Positions 9,138 to 17,339 of a stretch of 32,000 nt of DNA are shown one piece after another. Within the stretch, counting starts at the first letter, position 1; each line of letters begins with the position of its first letter. The translations under genes and the position numbers were made by a program. The notes under the pieces are model-generated. The model had not been told where the DNA came from. It worked only from the letters and a program-made list of their open reading frames with translations, and searched no databases. Origin of the DNA: Psychrobacter sp. HD31 (GTDB taxonomy: Bacteria > Pseudomonadota > Gammaproteobacteria > Pseudomonadales > Moraxellaceae). The DNA lies in NCBI RefSeq assembly GCF_051097895.1, contig NZ_CP142525.1, positions 720,001 to 752,000 on the forward strand, read 5' to 3'.

Positions 9138-9959
9138 TTATTTAGTTAAATCAAACGTTGCCCAAATTGGGGCATGGTCAGATGGTTTTTCCATGCCACG
9201 TAGCTCATAACTAATACCAACGTCGATACATTTTTCTTTAATATCATCAGTACATAGAATATGGTCAATACGTAACCCACGTTTAGGCTCATCATTAAAA
9301 CCTTTACTACGGTAATCAAACCAGCTAAATAACTCGTTGCTTGTTGGGTATTTATTACGGTAAGTATCCGTTAACCCAGTTGCTAATAGCTTACCATACC
9401 ATTCTCGCTCTTCAGGCAAGAAGGAACACTTGCCAGTACGCAACCAACGTTTGGCATTTTGTTCACCAATACCAATGTCATAATCTTGTGGCGATATATT
9501 CATATCTCCCATTATAATAAGCGTACGACCTTCCGCTATTAACCCAGCAATATAACTGGTTAAATCGGCATAATATTTGCGCTTCATTGGAAATTTTGTT
9601 TCATGATGCATGCTCTCCCCTTGCGGAAAATAGCCATTTAGTACATCAACTTCAACACCATCAAACTCATAGCGAGCATGAATAAAACGTTTTTGGGCGT
9701 CTTCATCATCCGTTGGGAAACCTTTTTGTACAAAAATAGGTGCCTTTTTAGATAATAATGCCACACCATAATGCGCCTTTTGCCCAAAATACTCCACATG
9801 GTAGCCAATGCCTTCAACCGCAGCTAGAGGAAACTGCTCATCATGCACTTTTGTCTCTTGTAAACCCACAACATCAGGGTCTACAATTTGTTTGAGTGCT
9901 TCTAGTTGATGCTGCCTAGCGCGAATACCATTAATATTAAAGCTTACAAACTTGCTCAT
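9138..9959 (-). CDS. xthA: Exodeoxyribonuclease III
   Basis: Near-collinear with E. coli XthA: [79 protein letters not shown] and [13 protein letters not shown]. Confidence 0.97.
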   Translation of the reverse strand: MSKFVSFNINGIRARQHQLEALKQIVDPDVVGLQETKVHDEQFPLAAVEGIGYHVEYFGQKAHYGVALLSKKAPIFVQKGFPTDDEDAQKRFIHARYEFDGVEVDVLNGYFPQGESMHHETKFPMKRKYYADLTSYIAGLIAEGRTLIIMGDMNISPQDYDIGIGEQNAKRWLRTGKCSFLPEEREWYGKLLATGLTDTYRNKYPTSNELFSWFDYRSKGFNDEPKRGLRIDHILCTDDIKEKCIDVGISYELRGMEKPSDHAPIWATFDLTK

Positions 9960-10078
9960 ACCTATCCTTTTTATTTGTTTGATTGGGGCATATTAAATAT
10001 TGTTTAAAATTATACCTTTTTTAGCTTGCGTTCGATAGGCTATAATCTTAACTTAACTCAAATGCACGATGGCTTTTT

Positions 10079-10555
10079 ATGGAACTTTTATTTTCAAGTA
10101 TTTATCAAACTTACATTAATCATACCGATGCTGGCGGTATTGTCTACCATGGTAATTTTTTAACTTTTTATGAAAATTGCAGACGTGACTGGTTTACCAA
10201 GCTTGGGTATGATGGGTATTTTTTTACCAGCGAAATTAAAAATGGTACAAGAGTGACTTACCACCCTGTTGTAAGCCAAGCAAACACAAAGTTTATCAAA
10301 CCCATTTTAATTGATAGCAAAATTAAAGTAACCGTTGATGAAATTAAAATTAAACCCGCCAGCTTAATCTTTATGCAAAGTATTTATAACCAAAAAGATG
10401 ATACTTTAATAAGCAAAGCCGAAATTACCATTGCTTGCGTTAAAAATGAAGTAAACGAACAAACTGGTGAAAAAAAACTAAGCCCAGCAAGAGTGCCAGA
10501 ATCCTTAAAAGTGGTAATCAATAACTGGGCTAAAAATTGCCAAAACCATAAGTAG
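10079..10555 (+). CDS. Acyl-CoA thioesterase, 4HBT hot-dog fold (YbgC-like)
   Basis: The N-terminal YINHTDAGGIVYHGNFLTFYE..R.DW matches the YbgC/4HBT active-site region (the Asp of the ..TD.GG.VYH motif). At 158 aa it has a C-terminal tail longer than E. coli YbgC. Confidence 0.78.
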   Translation: MELLFSSIYQTYINHTDAGGIVYHGNFLTFYENCRRDWFTKLGYDGYFFTSEIKNGTRVTYHPVVSQANTKFIKPILIDSKIKVTVDEIKIKPASLIFMQSIYNQKDDTLISKAEITIACVKNEVNEQTGEKKLSPARVPESLKVVINNWAKNCQNHK

Positions 10556-10561
10556 CAATAT

Positions 10562-11266
10562 ATGAACGCCCAAACCAAACCTATTTTAACTTTTAATAAT
10601 CTATACTACCAAGGTGTGCTGACAGATGGTCAGCCGATTCAGCTACTAAAGCATTGCTCTGGTAATATTTTTAATGGCGATATGGTTTTATTAACTGGGC
10701 GTTCAGGCAGTGGCAAAACAATTTTACTGCGCATGTTGGCAGGGTTGCTCGCTGCAGAGTCTGGTAATATTTTATTTAACAACAAATCTTATAAAACATA
10801 TACGGCTCAATTTTGGCGCTCGCAAATTGCCATGGTCTCTCAGCAACCAAAAATGATAAACGGCTCGGTACTTGATAACCTAAAACTGCCTTTTGAGTTT
10901 ATCGAAAATAAGCAAAAAAATTTTGATACAAACTGGCATCAACAAAGTTTGGCATTTTTTGACAAAACCGAAAACTTTTTATATCAGTCTGCCAAGAAAT
11001 TATCAGGTGGTGAGCAACAAATTGTCAATTTATTAAGGGTATTGCAACTTAACCCCACTATTTTATTGTTAGATGAACCAACGGCAGCATTAGATACAAC
11101 AACCAGCCAAAAATTTATTCAGTTCATACAAAACTGGCAACAAAACCAACCAACTTGTGCCGTTGTTTGGATAACACATAATCAAGATCACATTGCAAGC
11201 ATCCACAACACATTACATTGGATTATGAAAGATGGTGTACTTGAAACGCTAGGGGCTAACCCATGA
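10562..11266 (+). CDS. fetA: ABC transporter ATP-binding protein, FetA/YbbL-like
   Basis: Walker A GRSGSGKT, ABC signature LSGGEQQ and Walker B LLLDEPTAALD, with a H-loop ITHN. The size and the partner permease match E. coli FetA (YbbL). Confidence 0.82.
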   Translation: MNAQTKPILTFNNLYYQGVLTDGQPIQLLKHCSGNIFNGDMVLLTGRSGSGKTILLRMLAGLLAAESGNILFNNKSYKTYTAQFWRSQIAMVSQQPKMINGSVLDNLKLPFEFIENKQKNFDTNWHQQSLAFFDKTENFLYQSAKKLSGGEQQIVNLLRVLQLNPTILLLDEPTAALDTTTSQKFIQFIQNWQQNQPTCAVVWITHNQDHIASIHNTLHWIMKDGVLETLGANP

Positions 11267-12063
11267 CCGCACAACAATATTTAAGCTGGCTTGATGTTGG
11301 CATAGCGGCATTGCTAATTTTAGTGGTTATTATACTGGCATATTTAATGAGACTTGGCATTGCTAAATCATTAATTTTTGCAAGTTTACGTACCCTTGTA
11401 CAATTATCCACCATTGGTTTTTTACTGGTTTATATTTTTGCTAGCAACCACTGGTATTTAGTGTTATTAATTTTAGCATTAATGACACTAATTGCCGCCA
11501 TTACGGCTAAAAAGCGGATTGAACAACCTTATAAAGGGCTAGATAAAGACATTCTCATTGCGGTTGCCACACCAACCACCTTGGTAACGGCATTTACTAT
11601 TTTACTTATTTTGCAAATTAAACCTTGGTATACCCCGCAATATATCATCCCAATTTTGGGCTTAATTTTAGGTAATTCTCTCACTGCAATTTCATTATGT
11701 AGTAACCAATTAATAAACGCACTACATAATGAGCAAGCTACAATAGAAATGATGCAAAGTGTTGGTGCCAGTAATTGGGAGGCAACCCATCCTCTGATTA
11801 AAAATGCCATTAGCAATGGTATGATGCCAACAATTAACTCTATGATGGTGGTGGGTTTGGTAAGTTTACCTGGTATGATGACTGGTCAGATATTAGCAGG
11901 CGCAGACCCATCGCAAGCAGCAAAATATCAAATAATGACCATGTTTATCATTTGTGCTAGTTCAGCTTTAGGCTGCATGATTAGTAGTTGGCTGATTGTT
12001 AGCAATTTTTTTGATAATTGGGGCTGTTTTTTGCCGCCCAAACCAGTTGTTAAGCAAAAATAA
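11263..12063 (+). CDS. fetB: ABC transporter permease, FetB/YbbM (UPF0014) family
   Basis: Collinear with E. coli FetB as recalled: I.P..G.I.GN....I.L and VGLVSLPGMMTGQILAG.DP..A.KYQIM. It overlaps the fetA stop by 4 nt (ATGA). Confidence 0.85.
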   Translation: MTAQQYLSWLDVGIAALLILVVIILAYLMRLGIAKSLIFASLRTLVQLSTIGFLLVYIFASNHWYLVLLILALMTLIAAITAKKRIEQPYKGLDKDILIAVATPTTLVTAFTILLILQIKPWYTPQYIIPILGLILGNSLTAISLCSNQLINALHNEQATIEMMQSVGASNWEATHPLIKNAISNGMMPTINSMMVVGLVSLPGMMTGQILAGADPSQAAKYQIMTMFIICASSALGCMISSWLIVSNFFDNWGCFLPPKPVVKQK

Positions 12064-12097
12064 TAGATTGTTAGATTCTCTCTACTTTTATGTTTTA

Positions 12098-12793
12098 TTA
12101 CATAGTTGCCAACCAAAGCGACATAGCAAAACTAACAAATAATAGCCCCACTAACCCCTGCCCCAATAAAGCAAAAAACAAGTGATTTTTAAAATAAGAT
12201 ACCAATTGATGCCCTGCAAAAATTAATGTTGATAGATACAAAAAACTCACTACCTGTAGAGTAGCACCTAAAATGGTAAAACTAAGCATGGGGTTAGAAT
12301 ATGCAGGATCAACAAATTGCAAAAAATAAGATAAAAAGAATAAAATTGCTTTTGGGTTAGACAAACTCAACAAAAATGCTTTTAAAAATACATTTTCTTT
12401 TTCAACATTTTGTACTGTATTTACAGTATTGTTATTTAGCCTACCCTCTATATCGTTAATACTTTTTAAATCAAGCTGTTTGCTTGCCCGATACGTTTTA
12501 TAGGCTGATTTTAATAGCATCACCCCTAAATACAACAAGTATAAACCGCCAATCCCTTTAAAAAGCATAAACAAGTTAGCACTTGACTTAAGTATCGTTG
12601 CCGCGCCAAGCACAGCGGCCATCATCAGCAAAGTGTCGCCTATTAAAATGGCAGCAACTGTTTTATAACCTTGTTTTACCCCCTGGGCACTACCCACAAA
12701 CAAGCAATACATCGAGTTAGGTCCAGGTAACAAAATAATAGCAATCACCCCAAGCAAATATGCAAAATAGTCTGTGATGCCATAATATTCCAT
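12098..12793 (-). CDS. LysE/RhtB family amino-acid exporter (LeuE-like)
   Basis: The N-terminus Y..YLLGVIAIILLPGPNS and SLSNPKAILFFLSYF.QF match the LysE family and are collinear with E. coli LeuE (YeaS). A central loop insertion of about 20 aa (NDIEGRLNNNTVNTVQNVEKE) is present. Confidence 0.85.
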   Translation of the reverse strand: MEYYGITDYFAYLLGVIAIILLPGPNSMYCLFVGSAQGVKQGYKTVAAILIGDTLLMMAAVLGAATILKSSANLFMLFKGIGGLYLLYLGVMLLKSAYKTYRASKQLDLKSINDIEGRLNNNTVNTVQNVEKENVFLKAFLLSLSNPKAILFFLSYFLQFVDPAYSNPMLSFTILGATLQVVSFLYLSTLIFAGHQLVSYFKNHLFFALLGQGLVGLLFVSFAMSLWLATM

Positions 12794-12807
12794 TAAATTA
12801 AGTTCCT

Positions 12808-13461
12808 TTACTTAGCTGATAGCCAGTTATAACAAACGGCAGCAATTAATACGATAAAGGCAGGTAAAAGTAGTGCCATATAGCCAATATTTAAATACAA
12901 TAATGCCCCTATCACCCCGCCGCCACAAAAGCTATACCAAATAATTGCCTGAAAACCCAAAGTGAGTTTACTAATTTCTCTACCCGCTAACCAATTGCCT
13001 ATCGCCGCCCCCATATCAGAGGTTAATCCTGTTAGATGGGTTGTTCGTATCACAGCACCACTATAGGTTGCAATCATGGCATTTTGTAGCCCACATGCCA
13101 TGGCAGCGGCTAATTGCCCAAAATAATCATGATGATTAAATAAAAAAGAACTGAGTAACAATAGCCCAGCTTCTAAAAACAGGGCTCGTCCGTATCTTCT
13201 ACCAAGCTTTAAAGATTTTTGCCCAATAATAAAACCACTTACAATGGCACCAAATAAAAAAGCCAACAAGGAGGCACAAATAAATGCCAATGTTTTAAAA
13301 TCTGCTTGCGCCAGTGCAACTGAAAACATACTCACATTGCCGGTAACATGAGACACCGATAGTTTGGTAAAGCCCATCAGTGCGACCACATTAACACATC
13401 CAGCACTTAACGCTAATATGGCACCCCCAGCAAGTAGCCATTTAGGTATTTTAGTTATCAT
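12808..13461 (-). CDS. YoaK/DUF1275 family inner-membrane protein
   Basis: 217 aa, polytopic and hydrophobic. N-terminal L.AGG.ILALSAGCVNVVAL..F....VSHVTGN and a later RTTHLTG resemble the two signature segments of DUF1275. It ends 14 nt before the LysE-family gene. Confidence 0.68.
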   Translation of the reverse strand: MITKIPKWLLAGGAILALSAGCVNVVALMGFTKLSVSHVTGNVSMFSVALAQADFKTLAFICASLLAFLFGAIVSGFIIGQKSLKLGRRYGRALFLEAGLLLLSSFLFNHHDYFGQLAAAMACGLQNAMIATYSGAVIRTTHLTGLTSDMGAAIGNWLAGREISKLTLGFQAIIWYSFCGGGVIGALLYLNIGYMALLLPAFIVLIAAVCYNWLSAK

Positions 13462-13514
13462 ATTTTTTTACCTTTTAAGGTTTGCTATGTCATCCAACAA
13501 CATTGCACTTAACC

Positions 13515-13549
13515 GTAAAATAAAACCGAGCAATAAATTTATTACTCGG
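13515..13549 (-). terminator. Intrinsic terminator after the NCS2 permease gene
   Basis: The minus strand reads CCGAGTAATAAATTTATTGCTCGG, a 24-nt near-palindrome with one mismatch, followed by TTTTATTTT. It lies about 50 nt downstream of the permease stop. Confidence 0.8.
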
Positions 13550-13598
13550 CTATCAATACTTACCTTAACTTTATATAAAACTTATCTTAATTGTTTGC

Positions 13599-14894
13599 TT
13601 ACATCGCAACAAGTTTTAATAATAAAACTGCCGTTAACACCCAAACAGCAATGCTAATTTGGTTAAACTTGCCTGTTACCGCTTTTGCAGCCGTGTAAGT
13701 AATAAAACCTAAAGTAATGCCATCGGCAATAGAATAAGTTAATGGCGTAAACAGTAAAACAACCGCAACGGGTGCAGCTTCTGTTAAATCATTCCAGTCG
13801 ACATCCTGTAATGTAAATAACATTAATACAGAAACATAAAAAATCGCCCCTGCTGTTGCATAGGCAGGTATCATACCTGCTAAAGGTGCAAAAAATAATG
13901 CCAATAAAAACAGGACACCAACGGTAACTGCCATTAAGCCTGTACGACCACCTGAAGCAACGCCTGAGGCACTTTCAATATAACTGGTTGTTGAGGATGT
14001 TCCAAGTATGGCACCCGTTACTGTCGCGGTAGAATCTGCCAGTAACGCTCTGCCCATATTAGGTACTTGACCATTGTTATCCATTAACCCTGCTTTTTTA
14101 GTAATACCAACCAAACTACCGGTTGTATCAAACAAATCAACAAATAAAAACGCAAAGATAACGCTAATCATGCCCACATCAAGTGCCCCAGCAATATCCA
14201 ACTGCATTAAAGTTGGCGCAATCGATGGTGGCATAGAAACAACACCGCCAAACTGACTATTGCCTGTTAGTAGACTGATTAACGTAATGCCTAAAATACC
14301 AATTGTAACCGCACCAGGCACACGCAAATGCACCAACCCAATGGTTACAATAAAGCCTAAAGTTGCCATCACAGCAGGAAAGCTGGTCATATCACCCAAA
14401 GATACCAAAGTTGCAGGATTATCGACAATAATGCCCGAACTCTGTAACGCAATAAACCCTAAAAATGCACCAATACCAGCAACAATACCATGCTTTAAAG
14501 TGTTAGGAATCGCATCAATAATCCATTGGCGCACTTTAAACAGGCTCAATAAAATAAATAAACAGCCAGATAAAAATACGGCACCCAGGGCTGTTTGCCA
14601 ACTATGCCCCATACCAAGGACAACACCATACGTAAAAAAGGCATTTAACCCCATGCCGGGTGCTAATGCCACTGGCAATTTAGCAAAAATACCCATAATA
14701 AAGCAGCCAACAGCCGCTGCCAAGCAGGTAGCAACAAATACTGCGCCACTATCCATACCAGCTTCTGATAAAATATTTGGGTTAACAAAAATAATGTAAG
14801 CCATGGTTAAAAAGGTAGTCACCCCAGCCATTATTTCTGTTTTTATAGTCGTATTTTGACCATTAATACCAAAATAGTTTTTAATTGCATTCAT
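13599..14894 (-). CDS. NCS2 (AzgA-type) purine permease for adenine, guanine or hypoxanthine
   Basis: T.KTEIMAGVTTFLTMAYIIFVNPNIL and LAPGMGLNAFF are collinear with the E. coli AdeP/AdeQ/GhxP family. I prefer the start at the ATG giving MNAIKNYFG; an upstream in-frame ATG at 14960 would add 22 aa. Confidence 0.9.
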   Translation of the reverse strand: MNAIKNYFGINGQNTTIKTEIMAGVTTFLTMAYIIFVNPNILSEAGMDSGAVFVATCLAAAVGCFIMGIFAKLPVALAPGMGLNAFFTYGVVLGMGHSWQTALGAVFLSGCLFILLSLFKVRQWIIDAIPNTLKHGIVAGIGAFLGFIALQSSGIIVDNPATLVSLGDMTSFPAVMATLGFIVTIGLVHLRVPGAVTIGILGITLISLLTGNSQFGGVVSMPPSIAPTLMQLDIAGALDVGMISVIFAFLFVDLFDTTGSLVGITKKAGLMDNNGQVPNMGRALLADSTATVTGAILGTSSTTSYIESASGVASGGRTGLMAVTVGVLFLLALFFAPLAGMIPAYATAGAIFYVSVLMLFTLQDVDWNDLTEAAPVAVVLLFTPLTYSIADGITLGFITYTAAKAVTGKFNQISIAVWVLTAVLLLKLVAM

Positions 14895-15198
14895 AAATAA
14901 ACAAATCCTGCATGCTTGGCATGCGCTGATGTAAGTTTCATACCCAAAATACGCATTCATGATAAAGCTTAATCACAAAAAAACATAAACTGGTACATTA
15001 CAAGACGCTATATTTTAGTTAAAATTAAGTAACAATTCAACGTGTGGGTTTTGACTGCGTAGTGCTAACTTATTAATTTTTTGTAAATTGTTGCAAATAA
15101 ACACGTTGCAATAAATAACCTTTAACCTATTTAAATAGTTATCTATTTTTTTTATTATAGAAACTATTTATTTAATTAAAATAATTTTTGGATTCATC

Positions 15199-15915
15199 AT
15201 GCCAGAGTCACTCAATATTATTGAACTAATCAGCAGTGCAAGTTTGCTTGTGCAAGTTATTATGGGTATTTTATTTTTTACATCCATATTGGCTTGGGTA
15301 TTGATATTTAGATTCTCTGCAAAGCTAAACGCTGCAAAAAATAGAGACAACCAATTTTTAGATTGGTTTTATTCTGGTGATGACATCCAAGAACTGTATG
15401 ATGGTATTAAAGGGTTAAGAAACAGACAAGGGTTGGAAGCAATATTTGCTAATGGCTATAGCGAATATCAACAATTTTTACCCGCAAAGCCTGACAAAAG
15501 CCATTTAATAGAAGCAGTTGAAAAAAACCTACGTGTTAATTTGGGGCGTCAGCAACAAGCGTTAGAGTCAGGGTTATCAGCTTTGGCAAGTATTGGTTCA
15601 GTATCTCCTTATATCGGCTTGTTAGGCACTGTGTGGGGCATTATGAATGCTTTTTTAGGTTTGTCTCAGGCTGGGCAAGCAAACATTGCTTCTGTTGCGC
15701 CTGGTATTGCTGAGGCTTTAATTGCCACTGCCATGGGGTTATTTGCTGCTATACCAGCAGTTTTAGCATATAACCACTTTAGTGCTAAATCAGCCAACCT
15801 GTATGACGAGCGTACTTTATTTTGTGATGAACTGACAGGGCTTCTTTTGCAAGACAGCCATTACCAAAAACATCATACCAGCCAAAATTCAAATGAAGAC
15901 ATTATATTAGATTAA
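15199..15915 (+). CDS. tolQ: Tol-Pal system protein TolQ
   Basis: 238 aa in the MotA/TolQ/ExbB family, with L..IGS.SPYIGLLGTVWGIM.AF and IA.VAPGIAEALIATA.GL.AAIPAV.AYN. It is followed by tolR, tolA and tolB. Confidence 0.92.
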   Translation: MPESLNIIELISSASLLVQVIMGILFFTSILAWVLIFRFSAKLNAAKNRDNQFLDWFYSGDDIQELYDGIKGLRNRQGLEAIFANGYSEYQQFLPAKPDKSHLIEAVEKNLRVNLGRQQQALESGLSALASIGSVSPYIGLLGTVWGIMNAFLGLSQAGQANIASVAPGIAEALIATAMGLFAAIPAVLAYNHFSAKSANLYDERTLFCDELTGLLLQDSHYQKHHTSQNSNEDIILD

Positions 15916-15992
15916 GCTACTAAAAAACTTATAGCGAATGAACTTAAATAGACAAGCATCTTAATTACTTAAAATAAGTTAAAGTTTTAAAC

Positions 15993-16448
15993 ATGAAACC
16001 AAGTGCCTACAGCCGAAGACCAAAGCAACTAAATGCTAATATGAACGTCGTACCCTATATTGATGTCATGTTGGTATTGTTAGTTATTTTTATGGTTGCC
16101 ACCCCAATGATGAAAACAGGTGTGGATGTTGATTTACCTCAAGAGCAAACACAAAGTTTAGACACCAGCACACAAATGCCTGTTATTGTGAGTCTATCCA
16201 AAAATGGTGAATTATTTATTAATTATGATACAAAGAACCTAGCGGTAACCAATGACCAATTAATCGGCACTTTACAACAAATCCAAAACTCAGAACAAAC
16301 TAAAGGAAACGGCATCCAGGTTATGGTTAATGCAGATCAAACCAATCAATACGGTGATATTATGGAGCTGATGGCTAACATTCAACAAGCTGGAGTACAA
16401 AAAGTTGGCTTATTAACAGGCAACACACCACAACCTAATAAACCATAA
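15993..16448 (+). CDS. tolR: Tol-Pal system protein TolR
   Basis: 151 aa. NVVPYIDVMLVLLVIFMV carries the conserved TM Asp of the ExbD/TolR family. Position between tolQ and tolA. Confidence 0.9.
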   Translation: MKPSAYSRRPKQLNANMNVVPYIDVMLVLLVIFMVATPMMKTGVDVDLPQEQTQSLDTSTQMPVIVSLSKNGELFINYDTKNLAVTNDQLIGTLQQIQNSEQTKGNGIQVMVNADQTNQYGDIMELMANIQQAGVQKVGLLTGNTPQPNKP

Positions 16449-16475
16449 AAGCACACTGATACGACTAGGCAACTC

Positions 16476-17315
16476 ATGCAATCAAACAAACCTCGTCTTG
16501 CCAATAAAAAAAAGCACTTATCTTTACCCATTGTATTGAGTGTTTTAGTACATGCCATTATTTTGTTTTTTATCTTTTTTACGCAAAAATTTCCTAACAA
16601 ACATAAAGATGTTAGCGTTGAAACGGCTTTAGTCACGCCAGAACAGCTCTCTAACATGCAAAATAACCTCAAACAAAACCAGCCAATGGCGAATGATACT
16701 GATACCAATAACCCGCCTGTATTAGATAAACCACAAGATCCAGAATATATTGACTATGCAAGCAATCAGCCTGATCAAACCGCTAACGCAAATACAGACA
16801 ACAACGGCATAACAAAAAAGTCAGCAAATATAGATGAGCCTTTTGAGGCAACGCCCACGGATGATCAACTTGAGGAGTTTTTTATTGAAGCAGGCAAAGA
16901 TGATAAACCACAAGATGATGTTGTTATCAGTACAAACAATAATCAGCAAACTGCTAATCTTCAAAAAGATAAAAACGTAATAAAAAACAAGGATACACAT
17001 CTAAAAACAACAACCCCTAGCCTTGCTGAAAAAAATAATAGCTCGGATAATACCACTAGCTTTAATCGGATAACTGCAAAAATTCAACGCTATTTAGATA
17101 AAGATAGCGCCAATAATGCAATCGGGAAAAGCATTACAATCCTTGTGGAAGTATACGAAAACGGCAACGTTAAAAACGTAAAAGCCGTTAAAGGGGATGA
17201 AGAACTTTTTAAAAAAGTAAACAGTGCTATTTATAGTGCAGAGCCGTTACCAATTGATGTAAATGATGCGAACACCTACCCCATTATTGAATTGACACTA
17301 CATGGAATTAAATAA
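16476..17315 (+). CDS. tolA: Tol-Pal system protein TolA (atypical central domain)
   Basis: The N-terminal TM anchor (LPIVLSVLVHAIILFFIFF) has the conserved SxxxH-like SVLVH. A long polar linker is followed by a C-terminal TolA/TonB-like domain of about 90 aa (ITILVEVYENGNV..V....GDE.F...). Position between tolR and tolB. Confidence 0.75.
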   Translation: MQSNKPRLANKKKHLSLPIVLSVLVHAIILFFIFFTQKFPNKHKDVSVETALVTPEQLSNMQNNLKQNQPMANDTDTNNPPVLDKPQDPEYIDYASNQPDQTANANTDNNGITKKSANIDEPFEATPTDDQLEEFFIEAGKDDKPQDDVVISTNNNQQTANLQKDKNVIKNKDTHLKTTTPSLAEKNNSSDNTTSFNRITAKIQRYLDKDSANNAIGKSITILVEVYENGNVKNVKAVKGDEELFKKVNSAIYSAEPLPIDVNDANTYPIIELTLHGIK

Positions 17316-17339
17316 CTTTTATTTAACATTGGATAAAAT

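Noticed and set aside
13364-13657. A 97-aa plus-strand ORF spanning the gap between the YoaK gene and the permease gene.
   Set aside because: It overlaps the 5' end of the YoaK gene and the 3' end of the permease gene in antisense. Its middle is the terminator palindrome of the permease gene, and it has no motifs.
14260-14799. A 179-aa ORF on the plus strand, antisense to the NCS2 permease gene. Similar antisense ORFs lie at 3519-3863, 16382-16708, 19631-19972, 20705-21025 and 24226-24471.
   Set aside because: All lie entirely inside, or straddle, strongly supported genes on the opposite strand. Their composition is odd (rich in Pro/Thr/Ile/Lys or Cys/Leu/Phe), with no recognisable motifs and no SD. 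This is typical shadow-frame noise.
15089-15117. A direct repeat GTTGCAA(A/T)AAA ... GTTGCAATAAATAA in the permease/tolQ divergent region, considered as a PurR-type box.
   Set aside because: It does not match the palindromic PurR consensus as I recall it (a GCAAACGTTTGC core). It is a direct repeat rather than an inverted one, and the surrounding DNA is low-complexity A/T.
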